64,000 nucleotides of DNA from Candidatus Latescibacterota bacterium. Lineage in GTDB: Bacteria > Latescibacterota > UBA2968 > GCA-2709665. Where the stretch lies: the NCBI GenBank assembly GCA_965226795.1, contig CBDDDZ010000005.1, positions 2,592,001 through 2,656,000 on the forward strand, given 5' to 3'. Shown piece by piece: positions 37,743 to 48,740 of the stretch (its first letter is position 1; each line of letters opens with the position of its first letter). The position numbers and the translations under genes are program-made. The notes below the pieces were generated by a model, which ran no database searches, was not told the DNA's origin, and was given only the letters and a program-made list of their open reading frames with translations.

Positions 37743-39464
37743 ATGATGTACACATCTATCGAACTCCAACTCCTTAAGAACAGGCTGGAATCCATCGCGG
37801 ACGACATGGCGCTCACGGTCGTTCGTACCGCCTATTCAACCAATCTCAGAAACTCCATGGACTTTTCCACCGGCTTCTGCGACCCCGGCGGCCGGCTGGT
37901 TGCACAGGGACTCTGTCTTCCCTTGCATCTTGGCAGCCTTCCGGATGGGATCGCCGCCGTCCTGAACCGGTTTGACGGCGCCATCGAAGACGGCGATGTA
38001 TTCATTCTTAACGACCCGTATGAGGGTGGTACTCACCTGCCGGACATCTACATCTACAAGCCCGTGTTCGTCAGCTCCCGGCTGCTGGGATTCGTGGCCG
38101 CCATCGCGCATCATACCGATATCGGCGGACGGGTCGCCGGCGGAAACGCTTGCGACTCGACGGAAATCTACCAGGAAGGCCTGCGCATTCCGCCGCTCAA
38201 ACTCTACGTTGCCGGCCGTCCGGTCCAGGCGATATTCGACCTTATTGAACGCAACGTCCGCGTCCCCCGCAACGCTTTGGGTGACCTTCGCGCCCAGCTG
38301 TCCGCCTGCCACACTGGTGAAAAAGCAATCGTCGCCCTGGCCAGGGATCAGGGATTCGATCGCCTCCAGATCGGATTTTCCCAACTTCTGGACTACTCCG
38401 AACGCCTCACGCGGGCAGAAATCGCCGCCTTGCCCGACGGGCGTTTCAGCTTTACTGATGTACTTGATGGCGACGGTATCGATCCGAATCCAATCGTCAT
38501 CGCCGTCACAATCGAGGTAGCGGGCAGCGCGCTGTCCGTAGACTTCACCGGCACCGCACCTCAGGTAACGGGGGCCATCAACTGTGTCGCTTCATTCACC
38601 AGGTCGGCAGTGTACGCCTGTCTGCGCTGTCTCATGCGCGCGGACATCCCCACCAATTCCGGCTTCTTTCGTGCCGTTGACGTGCACATCCCATCCGCCA
38701 CGATTGCCAACCCGGTGCCGCCCGCTCCCGTGGCCGCCCGTGGCCTTACCGGCTTTCGATTGGCCAATACTATTATGGGCGCGCTCGCTCAATTGGCGCC
38801 GCATATCGTGCCAGCCTGCGAGGTCGGAGGAGACACGGGTATTTCAATTGGGGGATACCGTACGGACCGTACCCCGTTCGTCTTTCTCGAGTTCCTCTTC
38901 TGCGGCTGGGGGGGGCGCCCGGACCGGGACGGCATTGACGGCTGCGCCAGTATTGTCGTCAATTTCTCCAACAACCCCGCCGAAGTCATCGAAGCCGAAT
39001 ATCCTCTACAGATCCTCGAATACGGATTCCTGCCCGACACAGGCGGGGCGGGCAAATATCGCGGTTCCTGCTCGATTGTACGCGAGTACCGGTTTACGGA
39101 AACACAAGCGACCCTGCAGATCCGCTCGGACCGCCACGACTTCCTGCCCTACGGCCTGTCGGGCGGTCAGCCGGGATCCCCTTCGAAAAACATCCTGAAC
39201 CCGCACACCGAGGCCCGGGAGTTGCCCACGAAGACGTTGCTCACCCTCAACAGAGGCGACGTTCTGCGGCACGTACTCGCAGGCGCAGGCGGCTGGGGCA
39301 ATCCGCTGGAACGCGACCCCCAACGCATACTCGACGACGTCAGAAACGGCAAAGTCTCAATCCGGTCCGCCGAACGGAACTACGGCGTCGCTATCGACCC
39401 TGACACGTTGAAAATCGACGTTGCACGGACGAACCGGCTCCGATCCCGGTCCGGATGCACATAA
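37743..39464 (+). CDS. Hydantoinase B / 5-oxoprolinase beta subunit
   Basis: RTAYS..DFS, NDPYEGGTHLPD, HHTDIGG, IYQEGLRIPP, GAGGWGNPLER. Confidence 0.92.
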   Translation: MMYTSIELQLLKNRLESIADDMALTVVRTAYSTNLRNSMDFSTGFCDPGGRLVAQGLCLPLHLGSLPDGIAAVLNRFDGAIEDGDVFILNDPYEGGTHLPDIYIYKPVFVSSRLLGFVAAIAHHTDIGGRVAGGNACDSTEIYQEGLRIPPLKLYVAGRPVQAIFDLIERNVRVPRNALGDLRAQLSACHTGEKAIVALARDQGFDRLQIGFSQLLDYSERLTRAEIAALPDGRFSFTDVLDGDGIDPNPIVIAVTIEVAGSALSVDFTGTAPQVTGAINCVASFTRSAVYACLRCLMRADIPTNSGFFRAVDVHIPSATIANPVPPAPVAARGLTGFRLANTIMGALAQLAPHIVPACEVGGDTGISIGGYRTDRTPFVFLEFLFCGWGGRPDRDGIDGCASIVVNFSNNPAEVIEAEYPLQILEYGFLPDTGGAGKYRGSCSIVREYRFTETQATLQIRSDRHDFLPYGLSGGQPGSPSKNILNPHTEARELPTKTLLTLNRGDVLRHVLAGAGGWGNPLERDPQRILDDVRNGKVSIRSAERNYGVAIDPDTLKIDVARTNRLRSRSGCT

Positions 39465-39532
39465 CGCCTCCGGTATTCCCTGCGTGCCGTCTCCACCCGC
39501 ATTTCAAACAGGACATAACGCGAAGACTGCGG

Positions 39533-41579
39533 TCAATCCACATCAATCACGATATTCCTCCAGTCGTCCAGGTGGACGCGGGCTTCCGGTGGAACCAGAG
39601 TGGTTGCGTCATAGTCCTCCACAATAAGCGGGCCCCGTACGGGCGAATTCTGGAGGTAACGCCGAGGCAAAACCGGAGTCTCGATCCATCCTCGAATCTC
39701 CCCGAAATATGCTCGCCTGCTGCCCGGTCTTCGGCCGCTTCCGTCCGGTTCGGAGATGTCTCTCCCGTGGGGCAACGACGGCTCGGGCAGAAACGCACGA
39801 ATCCTCAAGGTAACGACCTCGACAGGGTCGGTCTCGGAGCGGTGCCCGTATGTGCGCTCGTGTTCCGCTTCAAAAGCGTCCCTGAGATCGGCCAGGGTGT
39901 CGCCGTTCCACAGGCTTGTCGGTTGTCCTGATCGACAGTTCATAGGACTGCCCTGCATACCTGAGATCCACGGTATTCTCTATTGCTGAACCGGGCAATC
40001 TTTCCCTGGCTTCGACAGCCATCTCTTCAAATGCCCTCTGAAGCTCAACCGGTTCCGTTTCCGTAAGTTGCTTTAGACAGGTGCGTGCCAGATCGTACTG
40101 CAATCCTGCCGAGACCAGACCGATCGCGCTGAAAAGACCGGGCGCTGGTGGAACCAGTACCCTCTGTATGCCGAGCGCCCTAGCCATCCCGACGGCGTGC
40201 AGAGGACCGCTCCCGCCGAAAGCCAGCAACAAATACCCCCGGGGGTCACGGCCGCGCTCAGATGAAACCGCGCGTACAGCCCTCACCATACGGGCAACCG
40301 CGATCCGGTGCGCTCCCAGGGCGGCCTCGTCCTCCCCCACGTCCATCCTTGACGCGACCCACTCCCGCATTGCGCTTCGGGCCGGCGCTACGTCCAGAGG
40401 CAAACTGCTGCCAGCCGGTCCATCGGGATTCAGGTATCCCAGCAACAGACTGGCATCGGTAAGCGTAGGCCGGTACCCTCCGCGCCGATAGCTGACGGGA
40501 CCGGGGTCCGCTCCAGCGCTCGCCGGCCCCACCTGAAGTGCTCCGCCGCCATCAACATGTAAAATACTTCCGCCGCCGGCTCCTATTTCGGCCAGCTCGA
40601 TACAGGGTACTCGGATGGCGTACCCGCCACCGCCCATCAATCTTCCCGCGACGGACAACCCGCCGCCGACCTCGTAATCCGATATCCGGGAGATACGCCC
40701 GTCTTCGATAAGCGACGCCTTGGCAGTCGTCCCTCCCATATCGAACGCAATCAGATCCCCGCAACCGATGCGACGCCCCAACGCCGCGGCGGCGACCACA
40801 CCCGCGGCCGGCCCGGATTCGAGAATCTGCACAGGGCGCTCGACCGCCGTCATGGCCTCGGTGACGCCTCCCGCGGACTGCATGATCCGTAGCGGCGCGT
40901 CGATATCCAGGTTCTGAAGACGCGCGCGAAGATCGCTCAGATAGCTCCGCACCACCGGCATTACATATGCGTTTATCACCGTGGTACTGGTCCGCTCATA
41001 TTCCTTGATCTCAGGCAAGACTTCAGACGAAAGCGTCACTGTCCACCGCCGGGCCGCCCGCAGCAACTCTCCTATCCTGACTTCGTGACTCGGATTCACA
41101 TACGCATTGAGCAGACACACCGCAACCGACACAACACGCTCCTCAATGAGCCGTTCGATTGCGAGATGAACACTCTCCTCGTCCAGTGCTTCCATTACCT
41201 CGCCGTCGGCGCCAATCCGTTCGTTCACCTCCAAGCGGAGATACCGTGGCACGAGAGGTTTCGGCTTCTCCCAGGAAAGATCGTACAACCGGGGCATCCG
41301 CAGCCGCCCGATCTCCAGCACGTCGCGAAAACCCCTTGTTGTGATCAGGCCGGTCCGCGCGCCCGTGCCGCTGAGTACGGCATTGGTCGCCACGGTGGTG
41401 CCATGGATGACTTCCGTCACCTCCGCCACCGATCCCTTTGCAACGCGACTTACGCCGTCTACGATGGCTCTCCCGTAATCTCCGGGCGTGGAAGGCAGCT
41501 TGCAGAGTGCCATACGGCCGTCTTCGCCTATAGCCACAACATCCGTAAAAGTGCCGCCGATATCGATGCCGATACGCAT
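39533..41579 (-). CDS. Hydantoinase A / 5-oxoprolinase alpha subunit (frameshift near 39909)
   Basis: IGIDIGGTFTD, HGTTVATN, ESGPAAG, DMGGTT, GPASAGADPGP, RYAGQSYEL; C-terminus (HERTYGH..GPLIVED..TT) continues in another frame. Confidence 0.9.
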
Positions 41580-41607
41580 AGTCGAGCAATCCGGGAAGGG
41601 GGTGTTC

Positions 41608-42921
41608 TCAATCCACAAACAGGTATCGGGCGATGAAAATCACCGCCAGCAGGTCCACCAGGGGATTCACTTCTTCTCCACGTCCTCCCAGCCTTTTCAC
41701 AATGGGAAACGCTACAAACCCCATCGCAAGACCGTCCGAAATACTGAAGGTCAACGGCATAGCGATCATCGTCAAAAAGGCCGGCAACGCGTCCGTGACG
41801 TCGTTCCACTTCACGTTAACCACCGATGCCATCATCAGCACGCCCACCACGATCAGCGCGGGCGCGGTCGCAAACGCCGGAATGGCCTCCATCAAAGGCG
41901 TGAAGAAGAGCGCCACCAGAAACATCACACCTGTCACCACACTGGCGAAACCGGTGCGCGCTCCGGCCGAAATGCCCGCCGCGCTTTCTATATAGGTCGT
42001 TACGGTCGACGTCCCGAAGAGCGAACCGATCACCGTGCCCAATGAATCGGCCAGTAGCGCCCGGTTTGCCCGCGGCAGCCGGCCGCGTTTATCGAGAAAC
42101 CCCGCTCTCCCCGAAACGCCGACCAGCGTTCCCATCGTGTCGAACATATCCACAAACAAAAACACAAAGACCACACCGATTAAACCGAAATCGAACGCCG
42201 CCGGCAGGTTCAACACCGCGACGCCAAACAACCGCTCCGGCCACGCCGGCAAACTGAAAAGCCCTTGGGGTGTTGAGGTCACACCCGTTACCGTACCCAG
42301 AACAGCCACACCCAGCATCCCCAGCAATATGGCTCCCTTGACACCTCTTGCCAACATCACACCTGTGCCCAGCACGCCCAACAGCGTAAGACCCACGGGG
42401 CCACTCCTGATGTCGCCCAGTGCGAGCAGCGTTGCCGAATTTCCCGCTACGATTCCGGCGTTTTTCAATCCGATAAACGCGATGAACAGACCTATGCCGC
42501 ATGCCGTCGCCTGTTTTATGGTATCGGGCACCGCATTAATCAGGGCTTCCCTGACTCGCATCAGCGTCAGCAATGTGAATAGAATGCCGGACGCAAGAAC
42601 CACGCCCAATGCCAGATCCCAACGTACGCCCATGCCCAGTACCACCGAATACGTGAAAAAGGCATTCAGTCCCATCCCCGGCGCCAGGGCAAACGGGTAA
42701 TTCGCGACGATGCCCATTATCAACGTCGAAAGGGCGGCTGAAACGCAGGTTGCGAACAACAGTTCTCCAAAAAGATCCTTACCCAGCGCTTCCGCCAACA
42801 TACCAGGATTCACCGCCACTATATAGGCCATCGTTACAAACGAAGTAAGCCCTCCGATCACCTCCGTACGGTAGGTTGCCCCCTTCTCTTGAAATCGAAA
42901 ATACCTCGCAATCGCCAGCAT
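41608..42921 (-). CDS. NCS2/AzgA family purine (guanine/hypoxanthine) permease
   Basis: TMAYIVAVNP, APGMGLNAFF, FDTMGTL, TTYIESAAG..GARTG. Confidence 0.93.
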   Translation of the reverse strand: MLAIARYFRFQEKGATYRTEVIGGLTSFVTMAYIVAVNPGMLAEALGKDLFGELLFATCVSAALSTLIMGIVANYPFALAPGMGLNAFFTYSVVLGMGVRWDLALGVVLASGILFTLLTLMRVREALINAVPDTIKQATACGIGLFIAFIGLKNAGIVAGNSATLLALGDIRSGPVGLTLLGVLGTGVMLARGVKGAILLGMLGVAVLGTVTGVTSTPQGLFSLPAWPERLFGVAVLNLPAAFDFGLIGVVFVFLFVDMFDTMGTLVGVSGRAGFLDKRGRLPRANRALLADSLGTVIGSLFGTSTVTTYIESAAGISAGARTGFASVVTGVMFLVALFFTPLMEAIPAFATAPALIVVGVLMMASVVNVKWNDVTDALPAFLTMIAMPLTFSISDGLAMGFVAFPIVKRLGGRGEEVNPLVDLLAVIFIARYLFVD

Positions 42922-43252
42922 ATGGCTCTCCAATTGGGAGTAGAAGATGCTAAAAGAAATTCAGCGACTCACCATCTCAAGGCTGAAGTGTTGCCATCCT
43001 CCCGCCTCAAACCAATCCGTGAATCCGTCGGTCGCTCCCCCGCTTTCTGCGTTCGTGGCATTGCCTGATCCGCTGTTGTCGAATTTCAGATTACATAATC
43101 CGGGCAGTCGGCTTTACGCTTGATTTTGTATGGCACTTATATACATTTATCTCTGTCGGCGATCCATCGAACCCGTCGATCAGCTGTTCTGCCGGTGGCC
43201 TTCGGCCAAGCCTTATGGACTGACGATTTTGTTCAAGCCCCGGAGCCCAGGG

Positions 43253-44017
43253 ATGTCAGAAGATATCGGACCGATCCTGAAAAACTGGCCTTACGATCCA
43301 CAGAATAGCATTCGTAAAGTAATCGATCCCCGGGGAGTGGAGAAAATCCAGGTACGTGTGGACCAGGGCGCGTTTCAGGGCGTTTTACAGATGGAACTGG
43401 ACGGCCGCCCCGACGGCCAGAAACCCTACAATCAGACCTTTGTCCTTGACTACCACAAGAAGCTGTTGCAAAAACACGTGGGCGCGTCCGGATCGACCGC
43501 TGGCTTCAATTTGGACGAGCACGCCTGTTCCGAAATATTCGATGAAAGCAGGCGGATATATGAGCGCTACGTATTTCTGCTCCAGATTCGAGACTACAGC
43601 CGGGTTGTGCGCGATACGGAAAGAAATATGGAAGTCTTCCGCTTTGTAAACCGGTATGCTGAACGCGCAGAAGACCGGGAAAACCTGGAAAAGTGGTGGC
43701 CATACATTCTCAGAATCCACGCCGTCGCCAGGGTGATGATCGCGACCCGGCAGGAGGACTACGACTCTGCCCTCGAAATTATCCGCGAGGCGCAAACGAA
43801 GATTGCGAACCTCAAGGGTGTGGAGGCGGAGGAGTTCGAAATAGAAAAGAAGCGCTCTCAGAATTCCCTTGGAGAACTGGAAGACGAAATACAGGGCAAA
43901 CGTCCGCAGAGCCCCGCGGAAAAACTCAAAGAGGAATTGGCTCAGGCCGTTGAGGAAGAGGACTTTGAGCGCGCCGCAGCCATCCGCGACAAAATATGGG
44001 AGTTGGAAGAGAACTGA
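43253..44017 (+). CDS. UvrB/UvrC-motif-containing protein
   Basis: LQMELDGRPDG.KP, V.RDT.RN, C-terminal AVEEEDFERAAAIRD; GGAG RBS. Confidence 0.8.
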   Translation: MSEDIGPILKNWPYDPQNSIRKVIDPRGVEKIQVRVDQGAFQGVLQMELDGRPDGQKPYNQTFVLDYHKKLLQKHVGASGSTAGFNLDEHACSEIFDESRRIYERYVFLLQIRDYSRVVRDTERNMEVFRFVNRYAERAEDRENLEKWWPYILRIHAVARVMIATRQEDYDSALEIIREAQTKIANLKGVEAEEFEIEKKRSQNSLGELEDEIQGKRPQSPAEKLKEELAQAVEEEDFERAAAIRDKIWELEEN

Positions 44018-44259
44018 TTTTCTGTCCCGGAAACATACGGTTGTTCTCTCGGATGCTGCCCAAGTGCAACGGGTTTCCGTTCCATTTCGTACGTCACCGC
44101 GAAAAAACATGGTTTCTTCACTCAAAATAGTCAAATTCCGCGGGCGCCTGCAAGACCTTTAACACACGGACGCAAGTGGTACCTGACACGATTCCCGGTA
44201 CGTCGTCCGTTCGAGTGGACGTGAACGCCCGCAGGAATCCGCACGGAATCAAAAACACC

Positions 44260-44288
44260 TTGACTTTTGGGTTCAAAATCGCTACAAT
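44260..44288 (+). promoter_or_regulatory. sigma70 promoter of the ilvB leader
   Basis: TTGACT-17 bp-TACAAT. Confidence 0.7.
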
Positions 44289-44419
44289 ACGTCCCTGAAA
44301 ATGCAGATCATCTGTCACCGCGTCGACCGCCGGCATTTCGCCGGGACGGGGTCTCAAGGCGGCCAGGCTGCCGGGAGCCGTCGTAAAGGATTTCCACCGT
44401 GTTTCTGGATTTTCGCGAT

Positions 44420-44506
44420 ATGCACGTTACAGTCCTGGTCGGCAATAGCGTAAACCGGAACGGCGTCCTTTTTGTATCCGTATCCCCGCGGCGGCAGGGC
44501 TCTTAG
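44420..44506 (+). CDS. Putative ilvB leader peptide MHVTVLVGNSVNRNGVLFVSVSPRRQGS
   Basis: 28 aa with 7 Val and 2 Leu, followed by antiterminator and terminator. Confidence 0.6.
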   Translation: MHVTVLVGNSVNRNGVLFVSVSPRRQGS

Positions 44507-44534
44507 CCGGATTGGCAAATACACGAATTCAGCC

Positions 44535-44568
44535 CGCCGTCGATGCCGATTCGACGGCGTTTTTGTTT
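44535..44568 (+). terminator. Attenuator terminator upstream of ilvB
   Basis: CGCCGTCGA-loop-TCGACGGCG-TTTTTGTTT. Confidence 0.78.
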
Positions 44569-44662
44569 GCTGGTATATACAACGCGAATTTGACGGATCG
44601 CCACTGCATGTTTATATTGCATAATTATAAAATGGTTTTTTAAACTCAGGAGTATACGGCAA

Positions 44663-46438
44663 ATGACAAAGGGAACAGAGCAAATTCGCGCTTCCGAGAC
44701 CAACGGACGCCCCGAACAGCGGGCGGGGTTCGGGGGTGTGTCTTCGCCCCCGGCATCCCCGGTGAAAGGCGCGGATATCCTGGTGGAAGCGCTGGTCAGA
44801 GAAGGTGTCGATGTCATCTTCGGATATCCCGGCGGCGCCAGCATGGAGATTCATCAGGCGCTCACCCGTTCCAGGATACGCAACGTCCTGTGTCGACACG
44901 AACAGGGTGAAATCTTTGCCGCGGAAGGATTTGCCAAGGCATCGGGCCGGGTTGGCGTGTGTCTGGCCACGTCAGGGCCGGGAGCCACCAACCTGGTCAC
45001 CGGTTTGGCGGACGCCAAGATGGATTCAGTTCCCCTGGTGGCTATCACGGGTCAGGTGGCGACACACATGATTGGAGGCGACGCCTTTCAGGAGACGCCC
45101 ATTGTCGAGATCACCCGGCAGATTACCAAACATAACTTCCTGATCGATCGTATTGAGGATATTCCACGCATTGTAAAGGAATCATTCTACATCGCGAACA
45201 CGGGCCGTCCCGGACCCGTGTTGATCGATGTGCCGAAAGATATGCAGCAGGCAATGCATACTCCGGTCTGGCCGGACGGCGTGGCCATTCGAAGCTACAA
45301 TCCTCATATAAGAGCCGACGCCAAAGCCATCGATAACGTCGCCCGCGCCATCCGCGAAGCCAAACGACCGATCCTTTATGTCGGCGGCGGCATCGTGGCC
45401 GCCGGCGCGGCCGAGCAGCTTCGCGAACTGGTCCGGAAGACCAATATTCCCGTTGTGCAAACGCTCATGGGGCTGGGCGTTTTCCCGGAAACACATCCGC
45501 TCTCGCTCAGGATGGTTGGCATGCACGGCACCGTTTACGCCAACTACGCGATCAACCATGCGGACCTGTTGTTGGCTATGGGCGTCCGTTTCGACGACCG
45601 TGTCACCGGAAAGCTGGAGGAATTCTGCAAACACGGCAAAATCGTGCACGTCGACATTGACCCGTCCGAAATCAACAAGAACAAAATCGCGCACATTCCG
45701 GTTGTCAGTGACGTCAAATACGCCCTAGCGGATCTGAATAAACAGGTGGAGCCCGGAGACTACGCCGCCTGGCATGCCGAATTGGAAACCTGGCGACAGA
45801 AACATCCGCTCACGTACCAGGAAGTGGACGACGTGATCCTGCCCCAGCATGCCATAGATCTGCTGTACCGAATGACCGGAGGTAAAGCCGTGGTCTCTAC
45901 CGGTGTGGGACAGCATCAGATGTGGGCCGCCCAATATTACCTCTTCGACGAACCCCGCAACTGGCTCACGTCGGGCGGGCTGGGCGCCATGGGCTTCGGT
46001 CTGCCCGCCGCTCTGGGCGCCCAACTGGCCCGACCTGGCGACCTCGTCGTCAACATCGACGGCGACGGGAGCTTTGTGATGAATGTGCAGGAGCTTGCTA
46101 CTCTATATGTGGAGAAACTGCCCGTCAAGACAATCATCATCAACAACCAGCACCTGGGGATGGTGGTTCAGTGGGAAGACCGGTTCTACCAGAGCAACCG
46201 CGGGCACACGTTCATAGGCGATCCGGATGGCGGCATCCATCCCAATTTTGTCAAGATTGCAGAGGGTTTCGGCATTCCGGCCGCGCGCGTGGAACACAAG
46301 AAAGACCTTTGCGGAGCTCTGGAACGCCTGCTCGAGACGCCCGGCCCCTATGTGCTCGATGTGATCGTGCCCTACCAGGAGCAGGTCCTTCCCATGATTC
46401 CCGCCGGCCATACATTTGCAGATATAATTACCGAGTGA
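44663..46438 (+). CDS. ilvB: Acetolactate synthase large subunit, biosynthetic type
   Basis: [52 protein letters not shown]. Confidence 0.96.
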   Translation: MTKGTEQIRASETNGRPEQRAGFGGVSSPPASPVKGADILVEALVREGVDVIFGYPGGASMEIHQALTRSRIRNVLCRHEQGEIFAAEGFAKASGRVGVCLATSGPGATNLVTGLADAKMDSVPLVAITGQVATHMIGGDAFQETPIVEITRQITKHNFLIDRIEDIPRIVKESFYIANTGRPGPVLIDVPKDMQQAMHTPVWPDGVAIRSYNPHIRADAKAIDNVARAIREAKRPILYVGGGIVAAGAAEQLRELVRKTNIPVVQTLMGLGVFPETHPLSLRMVGMHGTVYANYAINHADLLLAMGVRFDDRVTGKLEEFCKHGKIVHVDIDPSEINKNKIAHIPVVSDVKYALADLNKQVEPGDYAAWHAELETWRQKHPLTYQEVDDVILPQHAIDLLYRMTGGKAVVSTGVGQHQMWAAQYYLFDEPRNWLTSGGLGAMGFGLPAALGAQLARPGDLVVNIDGDGSFVMNVQELATLYVEKLPVKTIIINNQHLGMVVQWEDRFYQSNRGHTFIGDPDGGIHPNFVKIAEGFGIPAARVEHKKDLCGALERLLETPGPYVLDVIVPYQEQVLPMIPAGHTFADIITE

Positions 46439-46670
46439 ATACACGGAAAAAGGATCAACCGCCGGATGTTGTTCAACAGCATCCGGATTTTCGTGCGTGC
46501 AGGGAACGCCGGCCGCAGCGTGCGTGTCTAAGAATGTGGAATGACAAAATGCGGGCGGCGCGCCCAACCCTAGAAGCAGTGCGGGGCGGTTTATCGGATC
46601 ACAGCCAGTTGCCCCAATGCAGCCACCTTATCTGTTGGTTTGGATCTACGCCGTGTTTCCGGGAGCCCGA

Positions 46671-47261
46671 ATGGGTGAAGATCTGGATCTGGTCAGACGC
46701 TGCCAGGAGGGAGATCATCAGGCATACCGCGTCCTGGTAGAACGTTACGAAGGGCGCCTCTACAACCTTGCCTGTTCAATTCTGGGAGACCGGGAGGTCG
46801 CCAGGGATGCCGCCCAGACAGCCTTCATTCGAGCATACCAGGCCCTGCCCAGATTCCGGGCGGAATCGGGGTTTTACACCTGGCTCTATAAAATCGCCGT
46901 TAACGTCTGTCTCAACGCGGCCCAGAAAGAGAAGCGCCGTCGAGATTCAACCTCGCTCGATACCCTCCTGGAGTCCGGACGCTTCTCTTCCGAACACCTC
47001 TGGGAATTCCGAACACCCGCCGGCGATTTCGAGCGGCTGCAACTCCAGGAATCCATACAGAAAATTCTTAATCAACTCTCGCCCGACCATCGGCTGGTTA
47101 TCGTGCTGAAAGATATCGAGGGAATGTCGCAGGAAGAGATTTCAGAAACGCTGAATTGTTCGGTAGGTACGGTCAAATCTCGTCTCTCTCGGGCCCGGGC
47201 ACGTCTCAGGGATCTTCTACGGCCCGTATACAACGAGTGGAAAGAGGGGACATCGCCATGA
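46671..47261 (+). CDS. ECF RNA polymerase sigma factor (RpoE-like)
   Basis: DAAQ..F, FYTWLYKIAVN, region 4 EEISETL..SVGTVKSRLSRAR. Confidence 0.93.
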   Translation: MGEDLDLVRRCQEGDHQAYRVLVERYEGRLYNLACSILGDREVARDAAQTAFIRAYQALPRFRAESGFYTWLYKIAVNVCLNAAQKEKRRRDSTSLDTLLESGRFSSEHLWEFRTPAGDFERLQLQESIQKILNQLSPDHRLVIVLKDIEGMSQEEISETLNCSVGTVKSRLSRARARLRDLLRPVYNEWKEGTSP

Positions 47262-47701
47262 AAGATTCCGAAGTCAAGGCCCTTTTACCCGATTACCTGG
47301 AATCCAACCTGCCGGCCGAACAAATGCGCGAGGTTGAGGCGCACCTCTCCGCCTCAGCCGCATGTCGGAAAGAACTGGATTATCTTAAGCGCATACAACG
47401 CCTGCTTGCCGCCAGACCCGAATCCGCGCCGCCTGGGCTCTGGCGGAACATTGCGCGGCATATTGTCGTCGAAGACGTCGCGGAGCCGTGGAAACAGTTT
47501 GAATGGGTAGGCAAGAGGTTTCTTCCAATTCTGGCCGCCGCGGTCCTGCTTCTGGCCGTGCTGGGCAATCTCACCACCGAAGCGCCCGCATTTACGCTGG
47601 AAGACTATCTGAAAGTGCAGTGGGCGGAAACGGACGTTGGCATGCTCTCCCAGGGTGAACTTTCCCGCGACGACATTCTATATATACTGCAGACGAGGTA
47701 G
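47258..47701 (+). CDS. Transmembrane anti-sigma factor (degenerate zf-HC2)
   Basis: LLPDYLE..L..VEAHL...AC, one TM helix, ATGA overlap with the sigma gene. Confidence 0.8.
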   Translation: MKDSEVKALLPDYLESNLPAEQMREVEAHLSASAACRKELDYLKRIQRLLAARPESAPPGLWRNIARHIVVEDVAEPWKQFEWVGKRFLPILAAAVLLLAVLGNLTTEAPAFTLEDYLKVQWAETDVGMLSQGELSRDDILYILQTR

Positions 47702-47704
47702 CCC

Positions 47705-48598
47705 ATGTCGACAAACGCCACCCGCATGAAGGCCGTCCTGCTTGCGTTGGGCATTTTCGTCCTCGGAGCAGCCCTGGGTTCCACGTACCATCGCTGGCTT
47801 CCCACCGGCAAGGGTCAAGGGATTTTCGACCGGTCTGAACGCCGCCGCACGCCCCCGTTTGGCTCAACTTCGGAACGCCTGCTCAATCGATACGTTCGAA
47901 ACCTCGAACTGACCGGCGAGCAACGGACCGAAATCGAAAAGATCCTGGATGAAGGTCGGATAACGATGGGCAAAATGCGCAGGGAAATCCGCGCGAAGAC
48001 CGAATCGGTCACCCGAAAAACGCGGGCCGGGATTCGGGATATACTCACGCCGGATCAACAGGAGAAATTCGACGAATTGACAAGCCCTGTGTCTCCGGAA
48101 ATTATCCTGCGACAATTCACGAGGGATCTCGACCTCGACCTTGAACAACAGGCGACTGTGAGAAGTATCCTCAAAAAAAATTGGGCGTCGATGCAAAAAA
48201 TGCGCAGGAAGATCCGAAAGCAGTTGAGGACAAGGGAGGAACAGACACGCGAAAAAATGTACGGCGTGCTCACCCCGCAGCAGTTGAAACAAATCAAGGC
48301 ACGCAAACCGGTTCCCTTTCGGGGACTCAACCGAAGGTGGAACCTGGATTTATCGGATGAGCAACGAGCCAAAATCGAACAGATCGAGAAAGACGGACGA
48401 GGGGCAACCCGCCGGATATTCCAGGAACGCGACGAGCAACTCGCATCCATAACGGGGACGACATGGTCGGAAATCAAAACCGTGCTGCGTGCAAATCAGG
48501 TTGAGAAGTTCATAGAAATCACCGCCGGCATCGAGCGACGCATGGGATGGGAGCGCCAGTTCAGACGTAGATCCGACGGCAGGACGTTCAATTTCTGA
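47705..48598 (+). CDS. Membrane-anchored Spy/CpxP-like protein with three LTxxQ repeats (basic)
   Basis: N-terminal TM helix; LELTGEQ..ILTPDQ, LDLDLEQ..VLTPQQ, LDLSDEQ..VLRANQ. Confidence 0.72.
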   Translation: MSTNATRMKAVLLALGIFVLGAALGSTYHRWLPTGKGQGIFDRSERRRTPPFGSTSERLLNRYVRNLELTGEQRTEIEKILDEGRITMGKMRREIRAKTESVTRKTRAGIRDILTPDQQEKFDELTSPVSPEIILRQFTRDLDLDLEQQATVRSILKKNWASMQKMRRKIRKQLRTREEQTREKMYGVLTPQQLKQIKARKPVPFRGLNRRWNLDLSDEQRAKIEQIEKDGRGATRRIFQERDEQLASITGTTWSEIKTVLRANQVEKFIEITAGIERRMGWERQFRRRSDGRTFNF

Positions 48599-48740
48599 TC
48601 GCATCGGGGAACGCACGGATGCAACCATCGGTCCAAGGTGTAGAGCCATTGTTGGATGTATATCCTCAACACGCTGGGTAACCGTCATTAAAGACGACAA
48701 GTCGGGAAAACCGAAAGGAGTAGAACCATGAAACGTCTAG

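Noticed and set aside
42937..43003. Xanthine (NMT1) riboswitch-like words GGAGTAGAAG..TTCAGCG
   Set aside because: They are on the strand antisense to the permease, with wrong spacing and no matching 3' half.
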